From contig JAGIQG010000043.1 in NCBI GenBank assembly GCA_024679065.1, forward strand, positions 2,170,001 through 2,234,000: a stretch of 64,000 bases of DNA, read 5' to 3'. Position 1 is the stretch's first letter, and every line of letters begins with the position of its first letter. Source of the stretch: Sphyrna mokarran (lineage: Eukaryota). Under the pieces are notes generated by a model. That model did not search any database, was not told the origin of the DNA, and saw only the letters and a program-made list of their open reading frames with translations. The position numbers and the translations under genes were made by a program. Shown in pieces: positions 49,183 to 60,770 of this stretch.

Positions 49183-50704
49183 AATTGTCCGGTAGATGTA
49201 ACCTTCCAGTTATCCCAGGACCTCTGTGAAGCTCACGTATTTTCTTTTTAATAAAGCCTCCTTCTGCAATGTAGGGATTCTACGTATCTTAAACCTTTTC
49301 GATAAAGTAACTGCCTTCAAGTAATGAGGTAACCTCAACTCCGCACAGTATGCATGTTGTGGAGACCTGAGTGACCTGCATTCAGCTCCACCCTCAGACC
49401 CCATTCAGGTTCCTTTCACCTCAGACCTCGCACTCAAGCCCCCTTCTCCCTCAGACCCACAACACAGTACCTTTTTCCCTCACATCTTCCAGTTCATCTC
49501 TTTTTCTACTCAGATCTCGTACTCAGCCCTCTTCCGGCCCGCGTCTATCCACACCATTCAGTTTGTACGGTGAGGCCTTTGCCCTTTGTCCTACCTATTT
49601 GTACCATCCCCTCCTGTCCCCATCATTTCTGCCTTCACACCACCTGCAGAATACTTTTGGATTTGTGGAAAGTGGCAAAGACCAAAATAGTCTTTCAGTC
49701 AGAGGTGTGAACCTCCGGGGAAGTTGGGCTGCAGTGTGTGAGTGACACTGGCATTGTTTAAAATCCGAACTTCCAGCACGCTCTTTGCTAAGACCGAGCA
49801 AATTTCAATGGGCGTTAATGTCATCCAATGAGATCTGGATAAGAAAGGAAGGAACAGCTGGCATGATGGGATAGGAGCACCATCCTTTATCTAGCTTTCC
49901 CTGTGTGTCTCAGGGCTGCGGCAGGTGCTAATATGGATTACCTGGAAACATTTCTTCCAGAGGGTGCTGTGGAGTCTGACCCTTGTGTGAACTCACCCTT
50001 CCCATTCCTCCCCCTGATCTGATGCAGGACTGCGAATGAAGGGAGTTCCGGGAGGTGTTCCAACATCCAACACACAGTTAGAGTTTGATCAGTGTGACGT
50101 TAGTGTTCCTTTAAGAAAAGATTTTTTTATTTAAATCATGATCGTTGCAGTTCTCACAGTTAGTGTTTCTCAGCTCACTGCCTTAGGTGATGTTATTGGT
50201 GGGAGGAGAAAAAAAAGTGTGCCGATCAGGTGACAAGGAGTGGTTTTAAATTGTTTTGGCTGCTGTGTTATAAGCATAGACAAATGAAGTCTGTCTGTCT
50301 TCTGTTTTATTTTATTTATTGGTCAATAGAAACATTTGATGCAGCGTTATAATTGAAGAGGAATTGATTTTATTTACGTGAAGGAATTTTCAAACAATTA
50401 ACAATCGCATCAGTAACTTGAGTTACAGAATATGCCATTGAAGATTAAGAAAAAAAGAAGGAATTATTATTGTGTTACTTCATACTTGCAAGACCTAAAT
50501 ATTGTAGAATATCTTTCAGAATGCTGAAAGAACTCATTACACATTTGACATGAGCCAGTCTTTCTAGTCTGTGGCCAGTATGCGATCAATTTTTAGCAGT
50601 TTGACGGGGACGTACTTGTTCCCATGTTGATTTCCACAGGGCAGGACATACATTGGTAATTCCAGTCTCCTGCATAATACGTCACAGACAAAACTCCCCG
50701 ATTC

Positions 50705-50782
50705 TCATTTCCCGATCTTCTTTTTTGACCTTTTTTCCAATGCAGCCAAATCCAGGGAGGCGTAGAGAGGTCCACCCTGAGA
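50705..50782 (-). CDS. A2 exon 6, SQGGPLYASLDLAALEKRSKKKIGK*
   Basis: 78 nt open, YASL ITIM-like motif. Confidence 0.72.
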   Translation of the reverse strand, partial: SQGGPLYASLDLAALEKRSKKKIGK

Positions 50783-50877
50783 CTGGGAAATATATTCAAC
50801 AGAAATGATTAAAATAAAGGTCTATTTCCCAAAACTCATTTGAATGTATTTTATTGCAAGTGGTTCATTGCACTCAC

Positions 50878-50927
50878 CTGTATTCTACGCTGCGTTTTCA
50901 AGTTCGTCTCTGTTTGACCGTGATCCC
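50878..50927 (-). CDS. A2 exon 5, cytoplasmic (GDHGQTETNLKTQRRIQ)
   Basis: AG/GT boundaries identical to A1 exon 5. Confidence 0.7.
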
Positions 50928-52549
50928 CTGTGTGTTAAGAGTTAAACTATGAATTGAAATGTCACCCAAGCTGTAGAATCTATAAGTATATAGAAACATC
51001 GCGCGCCAATGACCGCCTGTGTATCAACAGTTTGAAGTCTATTTAATAGAGTCACAAGTAGGCTTATATTAACTCTGCAAGGAAGTCACTGGAAGAATTT
51101 CCTCCTCGTCACATCCCGGTGCTGGTTTAGATGCACTGATGGAGAATTTAGCATCGCCAACGCATCTAAATAGCACATCGTTTGAACTGTGGGTGGACTA
51201 GTCGGAAGAAACACCCGCACACAGGGAGAACATGTAAACTCGGCATAGACAGATGCCCAAGCCAGGAACCGAACCAAGGTCCCTGATGTTGCGGGAGAGC
51301 AGTGCGAACCACTGTGCCACCGTGCCACTGCAATAGGTTGCTGGGCTACAATCATTAACATACAGCCCACCTAAATTTCGTCAACACGATAGATATTCCA
51401 CAATTCTTCACATTAGATATGACATTTTAGGTGAAGGGGGCCAAAGGATGAGGGGAGAAGGCGCGGTCAGGCTATTGAATTGGGTGATCTGCCATGATCA
51501 TGGTGAATGGCGAAGTAGGAGCAAAGGACAGGCTGGTGTCTTCCTGCTCTTATTTTGAATGTTTCTATGCCAAGTGGCCAATGGACGAATGAGGGAGATC
51601 TCACACCATTATCTGTGTCTTGTTGTCCACCACAGGGCGGCACGGTAGCACAGTGGTTAGCACTGCTGCTTCACAGCCCCAGGGACCTGAGTTCGATTCC
51701 TTGGGTTAGTGCCTGTGAAGAGTTTGCACAACCCCCTCGTGTTTACGTGGGTTTCCTCCGTGTGCTCTGTTTTCCTTCCACAGTCCAACGATATGCGGCC
51801 TAGGTTGATTGGCCGTGCTAGACTTCCTCCTTAGTGTCCCAAGATGCATATATTAGACTGGTTAGCGGGTGAATATTGGGGTAGGAGCTGGGTGGAATGG
51901 TGTTCAGTACAGACTCGGTGGACCAAATGACCTCTTTCTGTACTGTAGGGTTTCTATGATCTGTGTCAACATCAACAATTTCCCCATTTATGAAACCAAC
52001 CGCTGCAAGATTGATTGTTGCTTTTGCTGAAGATAAGGAACGCACGCTGTGGACAGAAATAGCAAGTGCACACATTATGGTTAATCCAAATAAACAAAGG
52101 AGAGGACAGCCATTGCCTGGTTCATTCCTCGGGCCAATGCTTTGACCAATCAGTGAAACGACCTCTTTTAACTATCTAGCAGGAAGTTAATAAGGCAAAT
52201 GTTATGTTGTCATTGATAGACTGAGGATTTGAGAACAGGAATGAGACATTTTACTACAATTGTACAGGGCGTTGGTGAGAAGTGATATATGGAGTTTTGG
52301 AATCCTTATCTGTGGAATGATGTCCTTACTATAGAGGGTGACTGTTTATCAACTGATTTCTGGTTGGCGGGTCTGTTTTTTAAGGAGAGACTAAGTCGAT
52401 ACGATTGTATTGACTGGAGATAAGAAGATTGAGAGGGGACTTCAAGGAACCTTATAAAATTCTGAAAGGACTCGATAGGGTAGATTGAGAAGCAATGTTG
52501 CCGATAGTTAAGGTGTCCAGAACAAGGGATAATAGGTGGCAACGAGGAT

Positions 52550-53357
52550 AACGAGGTGGCAAATGGAGTTTAATGTGGAAAAGTGTGAGGTAATGCACTT
52601 TGGCAGGAACAATAAATGTGTAGAGTATAGGGCTAATGGTAGGGCTCTTAATAGGGTTGAGGAACAGAAGGATCTTGGTGTATGTGTCAATAGATCCCTG
52701 AAAGTAGGCAGTCAAGTGGATAAAGTTGTTACGAAGGCTTATGGAGTCTTAGCTTTTATTGGTAGGGGGATTGAATTTAGGAGCCGCAGCATCATGTTGC
52801 ATCTGTACAAAACTCTAGTGCGGCCGCACTTGGAGTATTGTGTGCAGTTCTGGTCCCCACATTATAAGAAAAATGTGGAGGCATTGGAGAGGGTACAGAG
52901 GAGGTTTACCAGGATGTTGCCTGGTATGGAGGGCAGGTCCTATGAAGAGAGGTTGAAGGATTTGAGGTTGTTTTCGTTAGAAAGGAGGCGGCTAAGGGGG
53001 GATCTTATTGAAACATATAGATAATTAGAGGTTTGGATAGGGTGGACAGTGATAGCCTTTTTCCTAGGATGGAAAAAGCTAGCACGAGGGGACACAACTT
53101 TAAATTAAGTGGTATGAGTTATAGGACGGATATCAGAGGTAGGTTCTTTACTCAAAGAGTGATTAGGGAGTGGAATGCCCTGCCTGCAGCTGTTGTAGAT
53201 GCGCCAAGTTTGGTGGCGTTTAAGAGGTTAATTGATAAGTATATGGAAGAGAAGGGAATGGTTTAGTTTGGAGGGCCATTGCTTTTTATTTTGGTCGGCA
53301 CAACATCGAAGGCCGAAGGGCCTGTTCTGTGCTGTATTGTTCTATGTTCTATGTTCT
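52550..53357 (+). mobile_element. Young CR1 3' fragment nested in an older CR1, specific to duplication copy 2
   Basis: WQMEFNVEKCEVMHFG...; older CR1 sequence flanks it at ~52200-52550 and ~53360-53640; absent from copy 1. Confidence 0.9.
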
Positions 53358-54445
53358 AATAGTTTGAGGTTATAGGGGAAACCTTTTAGATCTAAAATGA
53401 GGAGAAATGTCTTCCCCTAGAGGGTGGTGAATATATGGATTCATACCACAGAATATAGTTGAGGCCAAAACGTTATGTGATTTCAGGAAAAAAACAAATA
53501 CAGTTCTTGGGATTAAAGGGATCAAATGGTACGGGGGAAAGGAGGATCAGATTGTTGAATTTGATTATCAGTCATTGTCATAATGAATAGCAGAGCAGGT
53601 TCGAAGGGCCGAATGGCATACTCCTTCTTCTAGATTCCATGTTAACAAATGTCGGCAGATAATTGGCAATTATCAGTTAACTGGAGCACTCTCCATAAAA
53701 ATGCTGCAACCAATCAAAAATCATTTTGCTAAACAGGTAAATTGTCTTTTCAGGAAGAATGCATAACTGTTTCCCTTATATATGCTACTCTTGTGTTATT
53801 TTTTGTGCGAATGAATACAAGGCCAAACGCCTCGATGATATGTTTTTGTTTGACAAAGCTCAAGTACTCCATTTATTCAAATTTTCTGTCAAACATGCCT
53901 CAGCAGTTAACCGTCAGTACAAAACAACTGGTGCATGCACCATAGAAACGCCTCTAATAATCAATTTCTACTTCATTTTTTTTTAAATTCTGACATTTAA
54001 ATTGACTAACATTTCGCAGAAACCTACCCATTTGTTGTTCCTTACGTCCCTCTCGATGCCTTCTCTTGCTGAAGCTAAAATTGGATGTTGGAAAAGAACG
54101 CCAAACAAATGTTATATCTGGGCTATCAAATCTCAGATGCGTGCACATTTTTGAAAGTAGGATTGTCCAATGGTCTGATATAAATCATAGAAAATAGAGG
54201 CACACATCCTGGAATCAGTTTTCTGATTGAAATAGGTCTGACAAAATATAAGACAGAGAAAGAGGGGACAATGAACAATGTTAAAATTTGCACACACTGT
54301 TCTCTTACTCACGTGTCATTCTGGGATCCTAATTCTCTGTCTTCTACAATAGAAGAACGTACGATTAGCTAATTAAAAACTGCAAAGAGGAAATCATATT
54401 GAGGGAAAAGATATTAAAATGTCTCAGATAATCACTAATCTTCAC

Positions 54446-54547
54446 CTGATCTGCTTTGCTTACAATTCCAAATGGAAATAAGGACCGACAGCAGAATCAA
54501 AATGACCAGGGCAGTCATTCCAACAGAAACTACCTCTCTGCACCATT
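54446..54547 (-). CDS. A2 exon 4, Cys-stalk + neutral TM (EWCREVVSVGMTALVILILLSVLISIWNCKQSRS)
   Basis: ttttatag| acceptor, G|GTGAAG donor, 102 nt open, phase 1-1. Confidence 0.8.
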
Positions 54548-56354
54548 CTATAAAATGAAAAAAAAACAGTTAGAAAATGCCATCGGTCACATCATTTGGT
54601 TCCGGGATTCTCTGACCAAGTTAAAAATGCAGTATCACCAAAACAGGGGCCGAATGTAGGAAATGAACCATTGCTGGTGGGATGGAGAGTGGAGAATGAA
54701 CGCACAAAATGGAGTTGATGAGACAATATTTGCTTGTGGAGATCAATTAAATGACAGCACTGTCAGAGTTGTCCTAAATTCACAGCGTATCAGATGGTAT
54801 TAGACCATAAGATCAGGAGACACAGGAGCAGAATTAGGTCACTCGGCCCATGATTCTACACTGCCATTCCATTATGGCTGATATGTTTCTCATCCCCATT
54901 CTCCTGGCTTTTCCCCATAACATTGACCCCCTTATTAATCAAGAAACCATCTATCTTTCTCTTAAAGATACTTAATGACCTGATTTCTATATTGATCTGC
55001 CGAAAAAGCTTCCACCAATTCGCCACTCTCAGCTGATTCCCCCTCATTTTTGTTTTAGAAGGTCCCAATACATGAGACAATAAATCCAATCAAGTCATAG
55101 AGTCATAGAGTCATTGAGGTTAGAGAATGGAAACAGGCCCTTCGGCCGAATTTTTCCATGCCCCCCTTTTTATTAAATCGCTAAGCTAGTCCTAGTTGCC
55201 CGCATGTGGCCCATCCCCCTCTCTACTCATTGTATGTAAATATCTAAATTATTTTTCAAAGATAAAATTGTACCCCCCTCTAATATTATCTCTGGTAACT
55301 TGTTCCAGACAAACACCTCTGTGTGAAAAAAAAATGTCCGCCTGGATGCTTTTGTATCTCTGCCCTCTGACTTTAAACTATGCCCTCAAATTTTAGACTT
55401 TGGGAAAAGATATTGACAATTTACCTTGACTGTGCCCCTCATTATTTAATAGACCTCATAAGATAACCCCGCAGCTCCGTATCCTACAGTAAAAAAAAAA
55501 TCCCAGTTTATTCAGCCTCTCCTTATACTCAATCCATCAAGTCCCAGTAGCATCCGAGTAAATCTGTTCTGTACTCTTTCTAGTTTAAGTCTATGTGCTC
55601 TGTGAACGATATGATTGACCGTTACTGCATGCAGGAAAGAACACTTTTCACTGTATCCTAATGCATGTGACAATAATAAATCAAATCAAGTCAAATCAAG
55701 TTGATGGGGACTGATATTTAACTGTCCTTCATTGCGCCATTGTTTCTTTTTCCAATCTATTTAAATTGATGCCCTCCTGGTCCTCGGCTCTTTCCGCCTT
55801 TGTGAATTGGTTCATCTTTGCTGCTTTGTCCAGACAATTCAGGATTTTCACCACATTTCTCACATCCCCTCTTACCCTTCAGCTATTTCAGGAAATCAAG
55901 CCTCGCTTTGTCCACGCTCTTTAGCTGACTGAAGTGCCTCATCTTTATGACCATTTGGTGAATAGTTTTTTTTTTCTGCACTCTCTTCATATTTCTCATA
56001 AATTGCGTTGCCAGTAACTGAACACTTTTAAGACCGATTCAGAATTCTGCAAAATGCTGCTGTTGATTTGGTATGTTAGTATTATCATATCTATTGGTAT
56101 GTAGTGAAACATATTGTTTCTTGCACGCTATACATACAACACACACATTTCACAGCGTACATAGATATGAATTGATTTGGTTTGATTTATTTTTGTCACA
56201 CCTATTGGGGTACAGTGAAAAACATTCTGTCTTGCACGCTACACAGACAAGACATACCGTTCATAGACTACATAGTGGAGAAATAAATGTGAGGATGCAG
56301 ACTATACTGTCCCCTTCACAGCTCGGGTGTAGAGAAAGATCAGCTTGATAAAAA

Positions 56355-56585
56355 GTAACAGCAAATTACTGCGGATGCTGGAATCTGAAAGAGAAACAGA
56401 AAATACTGGAAAATCTCAGCAGGTCTGACAGCGTCTGAGGGGACAGTATAGAACCAACGTTTCGAGTCTAGATAACTTTTCGTCGGAGCTTTGAAGAAAG
56501 GTCGTCTAGACTCGAAATGTTTGCTCAAATTTCTACCCACAGATGCCGTCAGAACTTCTGAGATTTTCCAGCATTTTCTGGTTTG
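56355..56585. mobile_element. Palindromic non-autonomous Penelope-like element
   Basis: cagaaaatactggaaaatctcagcaggtctgacagc...tttcgagtctaga | tctagactcgaaa...gtcagaacttctgagattttccagcattttctg form inverted arms; an interrupted paralog lies at ~2875-3410. Confidence 0.6.
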
Positions 56586-59400
56586 GTGTAAGGTCAGGCG
56601 GCACCAAGGGAGAAGCTGCTCTTGAGTCTGTTGGTACGTGTACCCAAACTTTTGTGTTTTTTTTCTCGACGAGTGAAGGTGGAAGAGAAAATGTTCGGCC
56701 TGAGTGGGGTCCTTGATTATGCTGACAGCTTTTCTAAGGCAGTGAGAAATGTAAACATCTTTCCGATTCTGTGATTCGATTTCGGAATCTCTCGATCTCC
56801 TATGCTTTCCTAACAGCCTGTCATCACCAATAATTTGTAAGTGGCAGCATGGTGGTACAATGGTTAACAGTGCTGCGTCACAGCATCGGGGAGCCACGTT
56901 CGATTCCCGCCTTGGGTGCTTGTCTGTGTGGAGTTAGCACATTCCACCACCACCACCCCACCGCACCCCCACAGTCTCTATATGTATTTTCTTCAGATGT
57001 GCTCCTTTCCATACACAGTCCAAAGATGGGCAGGTTATTGAATTGGCCAGACTAAATTGCCCCTTATTGTCCATCCATGTGTAGTTTTGTTAGATTGCCC
57101 AAGCTAAATTACCCCTTACTGTGCAGCAATTTACGGTTTAGAAGGATTTGCCATGCTAAATTGCCCCTTAATTGTCCGTAATGCGCATGTGATTAGGGAG
57201 TGGAATGCCCTGCCTGCAGCTGTTGTAGATGAGCCAAGTTTGGTGGCGTTTAAGAGGTTAATTGATAAGTATATGGAAGAGAAGGGAATGGTTTAGTTTG
57301 GAGGGGCATTGCTTTTTATATTGGTCGGCACAACATCGAAGGCCGAAGGGCCTGTTCTGTGTTGTATTGTTCTATGTTCTATGTTCTATTTGTCGTTTGA
57401 AACCGCCCCTTAGTATCCCAAGATGTGTAAGTTAAGGGGATTCGCGGGTAAATCGCGGGATAGGGCCTGGGTAAGATGAGAATCAGGGAAGACTTCATGA
57501 GCTAAATGTCTTCCTGCTGCACTGTAGGATTGTATGATTTGTATAGATTCATGGTCAGGTATTATTTACCGTGTAACGGAAGAGTTGGAAACATTTCCAC
57601 CAATCCAAATTCAATATTTGCTCTAAATTCATACCCAAGGGAAGCACTAGAGAATAAATAATCCCTTCAGCCCATCGATCCCATTTCTATACCATCATGG
57701 GTGATTAATAATGATTTTTAGTGTTACTGACATCAGAATGCAAATTTAAATGCACTTATATGTGAAAAGGCGACCTAAATAAATGGGCAGTGGATAGGCA
57801 TATCGATAGCATTGGAATAGTTTAGGATAGAGGTTCATGAACTTGGTTACATTGGTCGGCGCAACATCGAGGGCCGAAGGGCCTGTACTGCGCTATAACG
57901 TTCTATGTTCTATGTTGGAGCAAAATGAGGTAAATTAATTCACTGCCCATCGGGGCAAATACGTCAATTTCACATCTTCTCTATGGTCTGTCGGCGAGGT
58001 GCCTGCAGTATAGAAGTGTTCTCACCTTCATTCTTTGATTCACTTCCCGGAAAGGAAAGTGGGAGTAAATAGTAAATTTCAAAATGGAAGGCACTCCTAG
58101 ACACGAAGGAGAAAACCTGAAAAGGCTCTGGGCACAATAGTGAACAAAACAACATCGCTGTTTTGAAGAGCGAGTCTCAGCATAGGCTGAAAGATATTTT
58201 TGGGTGCATTGCTCAAAGATTCTTACAAGTTTTCAGGAATATAAAGCGAAACGTGCAAGTGTGTCTCAAACACGAACCTATCCTGGGCAGGTGCACCCCA
58301 ATGGAATCTGACATATTTTACGAATTGGGCGCACAGACAAGCTCAGATATATATCGATACACAAACACACAGATACTTATGTATAGAGAAACATAGACAA
58401 ACACACTCAGATATTTCTCCATACACACACATTTGCACACAGATGTTCAGATATTTATCTATAAATACATATAGACATACAACATGCTCAGAGAAATATC
58501 GATACGCAGACACACATAAGCTCAGATATTTATTTATGCTCACACCTTGACATGCACTCGGCTCAGATATTTACTCAAAGATATAGACACACGCATCAGA
58601 TATTAATCTATAAGCACGTGCAAGCTCAGATATATATCTATACATACGCACTCATTGTAAACTCACACTCAGATATTTATATACACATATTCAGATATAT
58701 AACTATATTCACAATCGTTCAGACATACATGTATACACACACGCGTCGAAGTCTGAGATCACCTACCAACAGACTCAAGAACAGCTTCTTCCTGCTGCCA
58801 TCAGACTTTTGAAAGGATCAACGTTATAACAAGCTAATCTTTCTTTAAACGCCATCAATGACTGTAACACTGGATACTGCACCCCTTCCTTTCATTCTCC
58901 CCTATGGACTCGATGACGGTCATGTTTTGTCTGTAGAGTACTCAAGAAGCTGTACTTTTCACTGTGTGCTAATACATGTACGATAATAAACCAAATGAAA
59001 TGAAACACATATACACTCAGAGATATACTTGCGCACACACAGATGCACACAAGCACGCAGACACACACACACACACATACGCACATACACACACATGCAC
59101 GCACACACGGACACATTCACACACATGCACATACACACACGCACATAAACACACATGCGCTAATATTCACAAATATATTTACACACACACATTCACACAC
59201 ACTCATATACATACTTACACACACAGAAATACACTCACATATGTATTTGCATACACACACAGACACAAACGCACACACACTCACATATATATTTACACAC
59301 ACACAAACTTATATATCCCTGGGTGGTTAGGATCTACTGAATTAATCCGATTGTCTCTAACGTTGAATAGAATCCTTCAATGTACAGAGTAACATCTTAC

Positions 59401-59716
59401 CTTTCCGTTTTCCAGATGTTTTGAGATTCGACACACTCTTCGTCCAATATTCCTTTGGAGTCCCCAGTGCAGATAGCGCCGCTCCTCCAGGTAACCCCCG
59501 ACACCATGACATGACTTCTGATGCTGGAGGTCACGTCCTTCTCCATTGTCCCTGGATCACTCGATCCTTCAGTGACCAGACCGGAAATATTCCAGAAAAT
59601 AACAATCTGGTTTGAAGAAACTCCACTGACCAAACACACTAAAGGCACGGTATCATTCACATCCAGCTCAGCCGGCAGGACAAATACCAGCAATGCCTTC
59701 TTGTTGGTGGAACTGT
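59401..59716 (-). CDS. A2 exon 3, C1-set domain with 14-nt frameshifting deletion near 59468
   Basis: VPLVCLVSGVSSNQIVIFWN...TWRSGAIC then the frame shifts; the F-strand Cys codon is lost relative to A1. Confidence 0.85.
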
Positions 59717-59806
59717 CTGGACAGAAATTGGGACATAGTTAACGACTAATCTACACCAAATGGTATTGCTGTGCACAATCTGGATTCATTTCACTTGCTC
59801 CCTTAC

Positions 59807-60133
59807 CTCCAACCAGTAGTGTGGGTCCATTCTGGAGCAGTGCTGAGCTATCCTTATCATCACAGTAGTAGGAACCCGAGTCATTCGCCTGGACATTGCG
59901 AATTTCCAGTATTAATTCATGTTTGTCGTGGCCTTTTTTAGAAACAAACTTACAATCGGCTTCCTGACAGGGTGGGATATCGATTACTTTCGGGATTTCA
60001 TCAACATTTTGTTTGTACCAGAAATAGCTGGCCACGAATTCTACCTCGAATGCTTGTTGACAGGTTAAATCCACCGTCTGGCCGACTTTAGCTGTCACTG
60101 TGAAGAGCCTTTGAGGTAGAGAGGACTCAGAAT
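59807..60133 (-). CDS. A2 exon 2, V-set domain
   Basis: 327 nt open; GQTVDLTC...WYKQ...DSGSYYCDDKDSSALLQNGPTLLVG. Confidence 0.92.
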
Positions 60134-60715
60134 CTGTAACTAGACAGATTATTCAAACATTACAACATGTTTCAACATAGGAAGTTGTCGTTTGAAAAAA
60201 AAAGCCTGTAAATTAAGAACAATCTCATTATTATCTTCCATTATACTTCCCAAGTTGTGTTTTCTTTGCTTGTAAGGAGGAAACTGAAAATCCCTTGTAC
60301 CGATCACTAAGTCATATTTGCAGTGCTCTAGCCGGGCGGCATGGTGTTTGGCACCTTTAGGTCACAGCGCTGGGGACCCGGGTTCAATTCCTGGCTTGGG
60401 TCACGTCTGTGCACGTTCTCGCCGTGCCTGCATGGGAGTTTCCTCCCACTGTTCGAAAGCTGTGTTGGTTCGGTACCTTGGTCGTGCTAAATTCTGTCTC
60501 TGTGTACCCGCACTGGCGCAGGAGTGTGGCGACTGGGGTCTTTTCATGGTAACTTCATTGCAGTGTCGATGCAAAAAGTAAAGATTACTAGTCACAACTA
60601 AGTCTCACATTAACATTGGAATGTGAAATCCCCCTGGGAGCCGACTTGTGACACTAATGCTTAAAAACTAACTTGGCTGCTGCCATTTTCAATGTCTCAC
60701 CTGGCAAATACTCAC

Positions 60716-60770
60716 CATGAACCCACAGCGCATGGAGAATGAATATCAGGGATAAAGATTGCTGGGGCAT
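60716..60770 (-). CDS. A2 exon 1, signal peptide MPQQSLSLIFILHALWVH
   Basis: Homologous to the A1 leader, with the same tandem donors. Confidence 0.8.

Larger units (their letters stand above)
50705..60770 (-). pseudogene. Gene A2: paralog of A1; 14-nt deletion in the C1 exon, other exons intact
   Basis: Exons 60770-60716, 60133-59807, 59716-59401 (316 nt), 54547-54446, 50927-50878, 50782-50705. Confidence 0.8.
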
